64,000 nucleotides of DNA from Sedimentisphaeraceae bacterium JB056 (GTDB lineage: Bacteria > Planctomycetota > Phycisphaerae > Sedimentisphaerales > Sedimentisphaeraceae): NCBI GenBank assembly GCA_044440125.1, contig JBITAJ010000006.1:35840-99839 (forward strand). Direction: 5' to 3'. The translations under genes were made by a program, and so were the position numbers. Below the pieces are notes generated by a model. The model was not told the origin of the DNA. It did not search any database and was given only the letters and a program-made list of their open reading frames with translations. Shown here piece after piece: positions 1 through 9,752 of the stretch. Position 1 is the first letter of the stretch; every line of letters begins with the position of its first letter.

Positions 1-2
1 GG

Positions 3-2495
3 AGCGGCACGATTTCAGCCGGTCAATCACAGGATGTAACAGTAAACTTTGCTCCAACAGAGGCGGCTGAATACAGCGATACTATCACAGTTAATTGTGA
101 TTCTACCAGCGGTGACAACAGTGTTGCCTGCGGTGGTGTCGGTATTGGCGGAATCGTAAGGCTTAGCGGAAATATAGATTTTGGAAGTATTGCTGTCAAT
201 AGCTCAGATACTGCGACATTGACTATTTATAATGATGGAACAGGCGATCTTGAAGTAAGCAGTATCTCTTATTCTGATAATGCAAAGAATAAAGCCGTTA
301 TCCCTACTGCTGATGGGGTATTTAGCGGAACATGGAGCGGTACTATAGCTGCAGGCGGTTCACAGGATGTGATAGTTACATTCCTGCCGACTAACGAGCA
401 AAACTACAGTGGAACTATCACAGTTAATTCTGATAAGGTCAGCGGAACCAATACTGTCAGTGTTAGCGGTGTTGGTGCAGGCGGCGTTGTAAGACTTGAT
501 GGCGATCTTGATTTCGGCGATGTCGTTATCAATCAGGATTCTGATAAACAGCTTACAATTTACAATGATGGTACCAGCTCAATGACGGTTAGCGATATCA
601 GTTATCCGGCTGGATTCAGCGGCGACTGGAGCGGCGGTTCTATAGCTGCGGGAGCTTCAAAGGCTGTTACTGTTACATTTGCACCAGCAGCTGCTCAAAG
701 CTACGGCGGAAGCATAACGGTTACATCAGATGCGACAAGCGGTGATGGTGCAACAAGTTGTGCAGGTGAAGGTATCAACAGGGTTATCTCTCTTGTTCTT
801 GCCGATCCTGATATGGGCGATGTTGATATCGATACAGCTGACCAGACAACATTGACTATAACTAATAATGGTAACAGGTCTCTGGAAATCACATCAATCA
901 GCTATCCTACTGGATTCAGTGGAAGCTGGAGCGGCGGTTCTATAGCTGCGGGAGCTTCAAAGGCTGTTACTGTGACATTTGCTCCAACGCAGGCGGCAAG
1001 TTACAGCGGTACAATAACCGTTGCCTCTGACAAGACAGAGGGAGAGAATACGATCTCTATTGCCGGCTTTGGCGTTAATCGCGTTATTGCAGTATCTGGA
1101 GATATGGACTTTGGATATGTTAAGAATGGAGAAAGCGACACGAGCACTCTGACTATTTACAACTCTGGTAACAGGGCTCTTGGTATTGCGTCAATTACAT
1201 ATCCTGCAGGTTTCAGTGGAGACTGGAGCGGAGCAATCGCAGCGGGCGGTTCACAGGATGTTACAGTTACATTTGCTCCGACTGAAGGACAAAGCTATAG
1301 CGGTAACATTGTCGTGAATTCAGATTCTACAAGCGGAACATCAAGCGTGGAATGTTTCGGATTTGCACTTCCTGGTGCAGGTACAGAGCTTGATCCTTTC
1401 GTATTGACTGAAGATTTCCATGTCGATGCAGTGAATGAAGATCTTGCTGCTCATTACAAACTTGGCGGAAATATTAATCTTAGCGATTACGAATATACTG
1501 ATGCCGTAATTGCTGAGGATACTGGTATCTATACAATCGATTTTGAGGGAACAGTATTTACCGGTTCCTTTGACGGTGATGGTTATGTAATAAGCAATAT
1601 TAATATTGATGCCGGCAGCGGAACTCTTTCAACTTACTACTTAGGCTTATTTGGAAAGCTTGGCTCCGGTGCTCAGGTTCTGAATCTCAATGTCAATGAT
1701 GTTACTATTAAATCCGGTTATGATACAAGGTATGTCGGCGGTCTTTGCGGTTATAACGAGGGCGGAGATATCTTCAATTGCAGTACTGACGGTACGGTAA
1801 TCGGTAAGGATGTGAATGTGAGCCTTGGCGGCCTTTGCGGATACAACTCTGGTACTATTTCAGTTTCAAGCTCCAGTGTTGATCTGACAAGCGGGCCAAG
1901 TTCGTTCGATACTGGCGGCCTTTGCGGTACTAACGATGGCAGCATCAGCGATTGTTACGCGACCGGCATGGTATCCGGTGATAGTTACGTCGGTGGTTTC
2001 TATGGTTATAACAACACTAACGGTACTATTGACAGATGCTATTCGGTTGGGCCGGTATATGGCGTATCATTAGCGTTTGTTGGCGGCTTTGGCGGCTGGA
2101 GCACTGGTGATGTGTCAGATTGCTTCTTCGATCTTACTACATCCGGAGCTGGTGTTACAGATAACGCACTTGGTGCAGCTACCTCTTATATGACAGATTC
2201 TGCCATGTTTACATCAGCAAGCTGGGATTTTGTAGGTGAAACAGCCAATGGCACAGACGATATCTGGGTTATTAAGTATGATGGAGACTATCCGGTATTA
2301 GCCTTTAATACTGCTGGAAATCCTGATTTCAACAACGATGGAACTGTAGATACTGCCGATCTTAATATGCTTCTTGCAGATTGGATGAATGAAGGAAGTG
2401 CTGTAGGTTGCGACATTAATGGTGATACTGTTGTCGATTTTGAAGACTTTGCAGTGTTGGCAGAAAATTGGCTTGCAACATCAAGTGTTGACTAA
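3..2495 (+). CDS. Large secreted/surface protein, 5'-truncated by the window edge: tandem ~100-aa ASH/choice-of-anchor-D-type Ig-like repeats, GLUG-motif domain, C-terminal dockerin-like domain
   Basis: Frame is open from position 3 (SGTISAGQSQDVTVNFAP...), so the TTG at 219 is internal. Repeats DFGxV...LTIYNxG...V.VTFAP; GGLCGxNxG GLUG motifs; C-terminal DFNNDGTVD...DINGDTVVDFEDFAVLAENWL. Confidence 0.85.
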   Translation, partial: SGTISAGQSQDVTVNFAPTEAAEYSDTITVNCDSTSGDNSVACGGVGIGGIVRLSGNIDFGSIAVNSSDTATLTIYNDGTGDLEVSSISYSDNAKNKAVIPTADGVFSGTWSGTIAAGGSQDVIVTFLPTNEQNYSGTITVNSDKVSGTNTVSVSGVGAGGVVRLDGDLDFGDVVINQDSDKQLTIYNDGTSSMTVSDISYPAGFSGDWSGGSIAAGASKAVTVTFAPAAAQSYGGSITVTSDATSGDGATSCAGEGINRVISLVLADPDMGDVDIDTADQTTLTITNNGNRSLEITSISYPTGFSGSWSGGSIAAGASKAVTVTFAPTQAASYSGTITVASDKTEGENTISIAGFGVNRVIAVSGDMDFGYVKNGESDTSTLTIYNSGNRALGIASITYPAGFSGDWSGAIAAGGSQDVTVTFAPTEGQSYSGNIVVNSDSTSGTSSVECFGFALPGAGTELDPFVLTEDFHVDAVNEDLAAHYKLGGNINLSDYEYTDAVIAEDTGIYTIDFEGTVFTGSFDGDGYVISNINIDAGSGTLSTYYLGLFGKLGSGAQVLNLNVNDVTIKSGYDTRYVGGLCGYNEGGDIFNCSTDGTVIGKDVNVSLGGLCGYNSGTISVSSSSVDLTSGPSSFDTGGLCGTNDGSISDCYATGMVSGDSYVGGFYGYNNTNGTIDRCYSVGPVYGVSLAFVGGFGGWSTGDVSDCFFDLTTSGAGVTDNALGAATSYMTDSAMFTSASWDFVGETANGTDDIWVIKYDGDYPVLAFNTAGNPDFNNDGTVDTADLNMLLADWMNEGSAVGCDINGDTVVDFEDFAVLAENWLATSSVD
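626..973 (+). repeat. Identical 48-bp direct repeat (626-673 and 926-973), 300-bp period, inside the Ig-like repeats
   Basis: CTGGAGCGGCGGTTCTATAGCTGCGGGAGCTTCAAAGGCTGTTACTGT occurs twice. Confidence 0.9.
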
Positions 2496-2532
2496 TTCAA
2501 ATAAATTTGAATAATATAGATAATGTCTATGT

Positions 2533-2572
2533 GGGCGGGCTGTTTGTAAAGAATAGTCCGCCCTGTTATTTG
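2533..2572 (+). terminator. Probable intrinsic terminator
   Basis: GGGCGGGCTGTT/AATAGTCCGCCC stem (G-U pairs) followed by TGTTATTT, after the stop at 2495. Confidence 0.65.
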
Positions 2573-2654
2573 AGATAAATTAATAAAGGTATTCTTTGGT
2601 TTGTGGAGTGCCTGTTATTGTTTAATTTCCGTTTTCCGGAATTAAAGGACTGTA

Positions 2655-3686
2655 ATGAGACCTACTGACAACTTAAATATTGTTGAATTAAAGCCGTTGA
2701 TAACTCCCAGGCAACTGAGAGAGCAACTTCCTCTTAGTGATAAGCAGGCAAAAGTGGTTCTTGATGCCAGGGATGATATAAAGAGTATCATCACTCATAG
2801 AGATAAGAGGATGCTTGTTATTACCGGCCCGTGTTCTATTCATGATGAGGCATCGGCATTGGATTATGCTTCAAGGCTTGCTAAGCTTCAGGAGAAGTAT
2901 TCTGACAAGGTGCTTATTGTTATGAGGGCTTATTTCGAGAAGCCAAGAACCACTATCGGTTGGAAGGGGATGCTCTATGATCCAGATCTCAATGGCTCTT
3001 ATAATATGGAAAAAGGTCTTCGTCAGGCCAGAGACATAATGCTTAAGATCATAGATATGGGGCTTCCGGTTGCGACAGAGGTGTTAGAGCCAATCGTTCC
3101 TCAGTATATTACTGATCTTATAAGCTGGGTTGCTATTGGGGCAAGGACTACCGAATCGCAGATACATCGCCAGATGGTTAGCGGACTTTCGATGCCGATC
3201 GGATTTAAAAATGCTACGGATGGAAGCCTTGATGTAGCCGTGCAGGCTATAAAGACTGCCAGAAATCCCCATTATTTCTTCGGAATTGATATTGACGGCA
3301 GGGTTGCTGTTGCAGAGACACGCGGTAATATATATACGCATTTTGTTTTAAGAGGCGGTACTAACGGACCTAATTATGAAACAGAATATATTGCTTTTGC
3401 CGAGGCTCTTTTGAAGAAGGCAAGGATTGGAACCGGTATTATTGTTGATTGCAGTCATGGTAATTCTTTTAAGGATTACCGTAAGCAGGCGGATGTAATA
3501 AATAGTATCGTAAGCCAGAAACGTGAAGGTAATAAATCAATAGTCGGTGTTATGCTTGAAAGCTTTATAGAAGAAGGCAGCCAGAATATTGACGCCGAGA
3601 GTCTCAAATATGGACTTTCCATAACTGATGCGTGTATCGGTTGGGATAAGACAGAATCTTTAATAACGAAACTTGCAAATATTTGA
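2655..3686 (+). CDS. 3-deoxy-7-phosphoheptulonate (DAHP) synthase, class I-alpha (AroG/F/H family)
   Basis: GPCSIHD, RAYFEKPRTTIGWKG, IGARTTESQ, DCSHGNS, SITDACIGW motifs. Confidence 0.95.
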   Translation: MRPTDNLNIVELKPLITPRQLREQLPLSDKQAKVVLDARDDIKSIITHRDKRMLVITGPCSIHDEASALDYASRLAKLQEKYSDKVLIVMRAYFEKPRTTIGWKGMLYDPDLNGSYNMEKGLRQARDIMLKIIDMGLPVATEVLEPIVPQYITDLISWVAIGARTTESQIHRQMVSGLSMPIGFKNATDGSLDVAVQAIKTARNPHYFFGIDIDGRVAVAETRGNIYTHFVLRGGTNGPNYETEYIAFAEALLKKARIGTGIIVDCSHGNSFKDYRKQADVINSIVSQKREGNKSIVGVMLESFIEEGSQNIDAESLKYGLSITDACIGWDKTESLITKLANI

Positions 3687-3705
3687 CAAATTATAAGGAA
3701 TTTTT

Positions 3706-4419
3706 ATGGATATTCTTCCGGCTATAGATCTGATAGATGGCAAATGCGTGCGTTTGCTTCAGGGACAGTATGACAAGCAGATAACTTATGGAGACAGTCC
3801 TTCAGATCAGGCAAAGGATTTTATAAGCCAGGCGGCACAATGGATACATGTTATTGATCTTGATGGCGCCAAGGCCGGTCGTCCAATGAATCTGGAAGCG
3901 ATAAAGAGTATCGTGGAGCTTGGTAAGCTCAAGGTTGAAGTTGGCGGCGGTATTCGTGATGAGGATTCTATAAAGTGTCTTCTGGATACGGGTGTAGAGA
4001 GGCTGATAATAGGCACAAGAGCTGTTAAGGAATTTAGCTGGTTTGAAAAGATGTGTGAGAAGTTCCCTGGCAAGCTTGTTCTCGGTCTTGACGGCAGGGA
4101 TTCCAAAGTCGCTACAGATGGCTGGCTTGAGGAAACAGAGGAAACGATTATTGGTTTTGCACAAAAAGCGGCAAGAGTTCCGATAGCGGCGATAATATAT
4201 ACAGATATATCAAAAGACGGTATGCTTGAAGGGCCTAACCTGGAGCGGACAAAGATGCTGGTTGATTCTGTAGATGTACCTGTCGTTGCGGCAGGAGGTG
4301 TTACGACTGTTGATGATATTACTCATCTTGGTGAAGTTGGAGTTGCAGGTGCAGTTATCGGCAGGGCGCTCTATGAAGGTACTATCACCGTTAAGGATGC
4401 TGTTAAAGTGGCAGGATAA
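3706..4419 (+). CDS. hisA: ProFAR isomerase HisA
   Basis: PAIDL..GKCVRL.QG, VGGGIR, TDISKDGMLEGPN, GRALYEG. Confidence 0.95.
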   Translation: MDILPAIDLIDGKCVRLLQGQYDKQITYGDSPSDQAKDFISQAAQWIHVIDLDGAKAGRPMNLEAIKSIVELGKLKVEVGGGIRDEDSIKCLLDTGVERLIIGTRAVKEFSWFEKMCEKFPGKLVLGLDGRDSKVATDGWLEETEETIIGFAQKAARVPIAAIIYTDISKDGMLEGPNLERTKMLVDSVDVPVVAAGGVTTVDDITHLGEVGVAGAVIGRALYEGTITVKDAVKVAG

Positions 4420-4421
4420 CA

Positions 4422-5645
4422 GTGAAAAAAAGTAAGCGTAAATATTTCCAGCAGCAGTTGGCGAAACTGACCGAATCACAGAAACGTTTCCTTTACAAGA
4501 GGGCGGCTAATGTGAGAAAAGCTGCACAGGTCAAAAATCGCACTCGCAGAAATAAAACGCGTAAGGAATTCAACGCCCGCGGTGCCGAAGAGACGATGAT
4601 AATGTTCGAGAAGCCCCGCAAGGTTGGTTCGATAAGCATTGATGACTGGGCATTGAAGGTCATAGAGGAAGAGGGAATTAATTTTATAATCGAAAATTGT
4701 CCCGCCGAGGATATCAGACCTGAATATAAGGATGATCATGTCGGCATGGTTGTCTCTGCTGCCTCAGCAGGCTGCACAGTTCGTTATAATGGTGAGGATA
4801 TAGAGTGCCTGCTTGGCCCTGAGCTTTCAATGACTCAAAAGAGTGATATTGCCGTTGGTGATATTGCCAATTTTGCTTACACTGCAGATCAAAGGGCAGT
4901 GGTAGTATCTATTGATCCACGGAGGAGTAAGCTTTCACGCCCTGATCCCACTAAAGCTGGGGTTGAACGCGTTGTAGCGGCTAATGTTGATATTGCCGTT
5001 ATTGTAGCCGCTATAAAAAGACCAGTACTTAGACCCAGCCTAATTGACAGATACCTCATTGCAGCTCAGAAAGGCGGGATAACTCCGCTGATTTGCGTTA
5101 ACAAGATAGATCTTCTTGATGATAAAGATAAACAGCAGGAGCTTGAAATTCTCGAGCCTTACAAGCAAATAGGTCTGGTTATTGTTGAATGTTCGGCAGA
5201 GTCAGGATATGGCATTGATGAGCTCAAGAAGAATCTTGAAGGTAAATTATGTGTGTTTGTTGGTCATAGCGGAACAGGAAAAAGTTCTATAGTAAATACT
5301 ATAAAGCCTGAGATGAATCTGCAAACCGGTGAGGTTCATGAGGCTACCGGTCTTGGCAGGCATACCACGACTAATTCTATGCTTTATGAATTTGAAGATG
5401 GTGTAAAAATAATTGATACGCCCGGTATTAGGGAATTTGGTCTTTGGCAGATGGATCCATCTGATCTCAAATGGTATTTTGATGAATTTGATGAGTTTGC
5501 TGAGCAGTGTAAATATGCTAATTGTTCACATACTCATGAGCCCGATTGTGCAGTTAAAGATGCTGTTGAAAAGGGACTTATAACCCTGCAGCGTTATGAA
5601 AGCTACTTGAGAATACTTGATACTCTGGATGATACTTATTATTAA
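4422..5645 (+). CDS. rsgA: Ribosome small subunit-dependent GTPase A with a long basic N-terminal extension
   Basis: Circularly permuted GTPase: NKID, GHSGTGKSS, GRHTTT, DTPGIR; Zn finger CKYANCSHTHEPDC. Confidence 0.9.
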   Translation: MKKSKRKYFQQQLAKLTESQKRFLYKRAANVRKAAQVKNRTRRNKTRKEFNARGAEETMIMFEKPRKVGSISIDDWALKVIEEEGINFIIENCPAEDIRPEYKDDHVGMVVSAASAGCTVRYNGEDIECLLGPELSMTQKSDIAVGDIANFAYTADQRAVVVSIDPRRSKLSRPDPTKAGVERVVAANVDIAVIVAAIKRPVLRPSLIDRYLIAAQKGGITPLICVNKIDLLDDKDKQQELEILEPYKQIGLVIVECSAESGYGIDELKKNLEGKLCVFVGHSGTGKSSIVNTIKPEMNLQTGEVHEATGLGRHTTTNSMLYEFEDGVKIIDTPGIREFGLWQMDPSDLKWYFDEFDEFAEQCKYANCSHTHEPDCAVKDAVEKGLITLQRYESYLRILDTLDDTYY

Positions 5646-5802
5646 GTTGTTTGAAATTTCTACTTAGCATATTACTGGCAAATGTATGGCTTTTATTGTG
5701 AAATTAAGCTTGACAGTCTGGCGTTTTTATTGATATTTAAAATTGATTGTGCTTGGGTTTAAAATAGACAGCTGAATTATAAAAAAAGAAAATTAGTTTA
5801 TT

Positions 5803-8295
5803 ATGGCAAAACAACAAATACACCTTATATGCAATGCTCATCTTGACCCTGTATGGCTATGGAAATGGCAGGAAGGGGCCGCTGAAGCAATATCAACATT
5901 TCGTACGGCAGCAGAGCTTTGCGAAAAACATGATGCGTTCATTTTTAACCATAATGAGGTTATATTGTATCAGTGGATACAAGAGTATGAGCCTCAGTTG
6001 TTTGAACGCATTCGTAAGCTTGTAAAGCAGGGGCGCTGGCATATAATGGGCGGTTGGTATTTACAACCTGACTGTAACATGCTTTCCGGTGAGTCATTTG
6101 TAAGGCAGATACTCGTTGGAAAGAATTATTTTAAACAGGAATTTGGTGTTGAGCCCAATACAGCCATTAATTTTGATCCGTTCGGACATACTCAGGGGCT
6201 TGTTCAAATCATGGCTAAGAGTGGTTACGATTCTTATCTTTTCGGGCGTCCCACTCCGCCGTGGCAGGATTTGCCGGCAGAGGAGTTTACTTGGGTTGGG
6301 CTTGACGGCTCTAAAATAATGGCTACTCGTTTTTGCGGATGGTATCAGACATTCCTTGGTCAGGCAAAAGAGATTATTACCGAACGCATAGAAGCCAATC
6401 CTGACAGAGACATACTTGCCGTGCTTTGGGGTGTTGGAAATCATGGCGGCGGGCCATCGAAATATGATCTTAAGCAGGTTGAAAAGCTTATAAAAGAAAC
6501 AGATTCATGTGATATTCAGCATTCCACTCCTGAGAAATACTTTAAGGCTTTGAGTAAAAAGAAGGCTGATCTCCCTGAGTTTTCAGGAGATTTATACCCT
6601 TGGGGTGTCGGCTGCTATACTTCGCAAATACGTATCAAGCAGGGTCACAGACTCCTTGAAAATGAATATTACGCTACAGAGAAAATGCTGTCTGCAGCAT
6701 ATGCAAATAAATTATTGAAATATCCGGCAGATGAACTTAGTGTTGCCCTGGAAAAGCTTCTTACAGTACAGTTCCATGATATCTTACCGGGGTCATCGAT
6801 TGAGGAAGTTGAAAAATACTCACTTGATCTTGTAGGAGCCGGACTGGATGTGATTTCACGGCTTAAGATGAGAGCGTTCTTTAATCTCGCTTCCGGTCAG
6901 AAGAAGGCAAAAGATGGTTATATACCTGTTATGGTGTACAATCCTCATCCCTTTGAGACAGAGCAGATAGTTGAGTGTGAATTTAATCTTCATGATTTCA
7001 AAGAACGTGATGATTATCATGATATAGAGGTTTATCAGGGCAAAAAGTCAATAACTTCGCAGGTTGAATATGAGGCTTCGACAATATACAAGCAATGGAG
7101 AAAGCATCTTGTGTTCAATGCTATGCTTAAGCCGGGTATGAACCGTTTTGACTGCTTACCTGTTAAAGGTGTTGAACCTGAAAAGACGGCAGATATCAAA
7201 GACGGTAAACTGGTATTTATCAATGAAGATATGCAGCTTTCAATCAACACTTCAACGGGTCTTATTGACAGTTATATTGTTAATGGCAAGGATTGTCTTG
7301 GAAGCAGAGGTGTTGGTTTTGAAGTGCTTGATGATTCGCCTGACTCATGGTTGTCGTGTGATGACAATCTTGGCGAGTTGCTTGATAGTTTCAAACTTGC
7401 AAGCAGTAAGGATTGTGCAAGCCTTTCTGGTATTAAAGCCCGAACTCTCGATCCAGTTCGCGTAATCGAGGCAGGAGATGTCAGGACTGTAGTAGAAGCA
7501 TGCTTTAAGTATAATCGTTCATTTATGTTCGTTCGTTACTATATTCCGAAAATTGGCAATGAAGTCAAAATTGATGTCAGGGTTAATTGGAACGAAAATG
7601 ATAAGGCCCTCAAAATGGCGGTTGATTGTGGATTTGAGCCGCAAAAAATGCTTGGTGATACAGCTTTTGGCTGTGGTGAACTTGTAACTGACGGCAGAGA
7701 GACTGTAAGTCAGAAGTGGACGGCTGTGCTTGAAGAAAACTCCGATACAATGATTGCATGCGTAAATAACGGCACTTACGGTGCGGACCTTTCCGATGGC
7801 AAGCTGCGTCCTACTTTACTGCGTTCGGCCTGCTATTCAGCTCTTGCTGAAGAGAAAACTGCGGATCACAGCGAAGTCTATATGCCTCAAGACAGGCTTA
7901 TGCCGCGTTTTGACAATGGAGTTCGTAATTTCAGTTTCTGGTTATCAGGCGGTAATATTACTGATACCAAGAAGAATATTCATAACTTGGCTCTTTTGAA
8001 AAATGAAGAGCCGCTGAGCTTGTCTTTCTTCCCCAATGGCGACGGAGCCAAGACCAAACCTATAGTCAGTCTGTCAAATAATTCCGTTCAGATATCTGCC
8101 GTGAAGAAGAGTGAAAAAGGTAATAATATAATTATCAGACTTTACGAGCCGGTAGGTGACAGCGTCAAGACTACTTTGAAGCTTCCTGTTTTCAGCAAGA
8201 GTATCAAATTGTCTTTTGATCCATTTGAAATCAAGACGATAGTTTACAATCTGCGATCAGGGAAATTTAGTGAAAAATCACTTATTGAAAGGTGA
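5803..8295 (+). CDS. Glycoside hydrolase family 38 alpha-mannosidase
   Basis: AHLDPVWLW, DPFGH, GVGNHGGGP, QFHDILPGSSI motifs. Confidence 0.92.
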   Translation: MAKQQIHLICNAHLDPVWLWKWQEGAAEAISTFRTAAELCEKHDAFIFNHNEVILYQWIQEYEPQLFERIRKLVKQGRWHIMGGWYLQPDCNMLSGESFVRQILVGKNYFKQEFGVEPNTAINFDPFGHTQGLVQIMAKSGYDSYLFGRPTPPWQDLPAEEFTWVGLDGSKIMATRFCGWYQTFLGQAKEIITERIEANPDRDILAVLWGVGNHGGGPSKYDLKQVEKLIKETDSCDIQHSTPEKYFKALSKKKADLPEFSGDLYPWGVGCYTSQIRIKQGHRLLENEYYATEKMLSAAYANKLLKYPADELSVALEKLLTVQFHDILPGSSIEEVEKYSLDLVGAGLDVISRLKMRAFFNLASGQKKAKDGYIPVMVYNPHPFETEQIVECEFNLHDFKERDDYHDIEVYQGKKSITSQVEYEASTIYKQWRKHLVFNAMLKPGMNRFDCLPVKGVEPEKTADIKDGKLVFINEDMQLSINTSTGLIDSYIVNGKDCLGSRGVGFEVLDDSPDSWLSCDDNLGELLDSFKLASSKDCASLSGIKARTLDPVRVIEAGDVRTVVEACFKYNRSFMFVRYYIPKIGNEVKIDVRVNWNENDKALKMAVDCGFEPQKMLGDTAFGCGELVTDGRETVSQKWTAVLEENSDTMIACVNNGTYGADLSDGKLRPTLLRSACYSALAEEKTADHSEVYMPQDRLMPRFDNGVRNFSFWLSGGNITDTKKNIHNLALLKNEEPLSLSFFPNGDGAKTKPIVSLSNNSVQISAVKKSEKGNNIIIRLYEPVGDSVKTTLKLPVFSKSIKLSFDPFEIKTIVYNLRSGKFSEKSLIER

Positions 8296-8420
8296 TTTTG
8301 AACCAATATTCGCTTGACTTTCGTTAATCTTTAGTTTATTGTTTTACAGGTACTTATGGTAATTAAACGGTAATAATTGCCTGTTGTTTTGTTAATACAG
8401 ATTACGTACGGAGTAATTAT

Positions 8421-9614
8421 ATGATAAATGTGGCGATGATCGGATGCGGCGGTTATGCTTATGAACTGCTGAAAAGACTTTGGATGCTGCCTGAAAAATT
8501 TAATGTAGTGGCTGTTTCAAGCCGTTCAGGCACAGGTACTGAAGGTGGACGTGCATGCTCAGAAAAGGGTATCAAAATCTATAGCGATATAGATCAGATG
8601 CTCAGCGATCTTCAGGGCAAGGCTGATGCTATCTTTGTTCCTACCCCTATACATACGCACAAAGATCTTGCTACCAAATGTATGGATGCCGGTTTTGACG
8701 TGCTTCTTGAAAAGCCTCCTGTTGCGACAATTCAGGATCTTAACTATCTTTCTGATTATGCTGCTAAAAAGGGCAAGAACGTAGCCGTTCTTTTCCAGTC
8801 ACTTTATACAAAGATAATTAAAGAACTAAAGGATCGCATTGTATCCGGAGAGTTTGGCAAGGTTCTTAAAGTCAGAGGTATTGCCGGTTGGCCGAGAATG
8901 GACGACTATTACAGCAGAAGCAGCTGGGCTGGCAAGCTTAAGGCCGGCGAGCACTGGGTGCTTGACGGTACAATCAATAATCCGCTTGCTCATATGCTCA
9001 GCAACGAGCTTTATCTTGCATCAATGGAACCTGGCAAGATGGAAACTCCTGTCAGTGTTACGGCCGAGCTTTATCATGCACATGACATTGAGAGCGAGGA
9101 TACAAGCAGTCTCAGGATTATTACCGAAAATGGTGTTGAGGTTACATTCAATGCTTCGCTTTGTTCTGAGAACAATCTTGACCCCATTAATATGATTATC
9201 TGTGAAAAAGCTACTATTGAATACATCAATTTCAATGAAGCCAAGATTACTTTTAATGATGGCAAGACTGATTCTATCGTAGATGAGACAGAGCAGAGAG
9301 TTTATATGATGGAAATGCTTTATGACTCTATGACTAATAATAAGCCATTTGCATGCACACTTGATACTTGTAAGCCTTTTACTACTTGCGTTAATGCTGC
9401 TTTCGAGTCAACAGGCAAAGTTAAGGCAATTGAAAAGAAGTATATCACACGTCGCGAGCAGGGCGATACTATCAAGACTGTTATAAATGGTATTGACAAG
9501 GCTTTGAAAGTTGCATATGACGGCGGCAAGCTTTTCTCTGAACTTGGCCTTGAATGGGCAGAATCATCAGAAACTATGGATGTAAAGAATTACAGCAAGT
9601 ATCCATCTGCCTGA
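8421..9614 (+). CDS. Gfo/Idh/MocA family oxidoreductase
   Basis: IGCGGY Rossmann motif, PTPIHTH, LLEKPP. Confidence 0.88.
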   Translation: MINVAMIGCGGYAYELLKRLWMLPEKFNVVAVSSRSGTGTEGGRACSEKGIKIYSDIDQMLSDLQGKADAIFVPTPIHTHKDLATKCMDAGFDVLLEKPPVATIQDLNYLSDYAAKKGKNVAVLFQSLYTKIIKELKDRIVSGEFGKVLKVRGIAGWPRMDDYYSRSSWAGKLKAGEHWVLDGTINNPLAHMLSNELYLASMEPGKMETPVSVTAELYHAHDIESEDTSSLRIITENGVEVTFNASLCSENNLDPINMIICEKATIEYINFNEAKITFNDGKTDSIVDETEQRVYMMEMLYDSMTNNKPFACTLDTCKPFTTCVNAAFESTGKVKAIEKKYITRREQGDTIKTVINGIDKALKVAYDGGKLFSELGLEWAESSETMDVKNYSKYPSA

Positions 9615-9634
9615 TTCTAATTAGCGAAAAATAT

Positions 9635-9677
9635 AACGGGTTGACGATATTGTAATAATCGTCAACCCGTTTTTTTT
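9635..9677 (+). terminator. Intrinsic terminator
   Basis: AACGGGTTGACGAT/ATCGTCAACCCGTT 14-bp stem followed by a T run. Confidence 0.85.
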
Positions 9678-9681
9678 ATGC

Positions 9682-9711
9682 TGTAGCGACTCGATTAATC
9701 GCGTCTTTACA
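9682..9711. repeat. REP-like imperfect palindrome
   Basis: TGTAGCGACTCGATTAATCGCGTCTTTACA; GTAG...TAC ends typical of GTAG-family REPs. Confidence 0.55.
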
Positions 9712-9752
9712 AACAGATTTGAAATTTCAAATAATATTGCAATCAGGATTTA

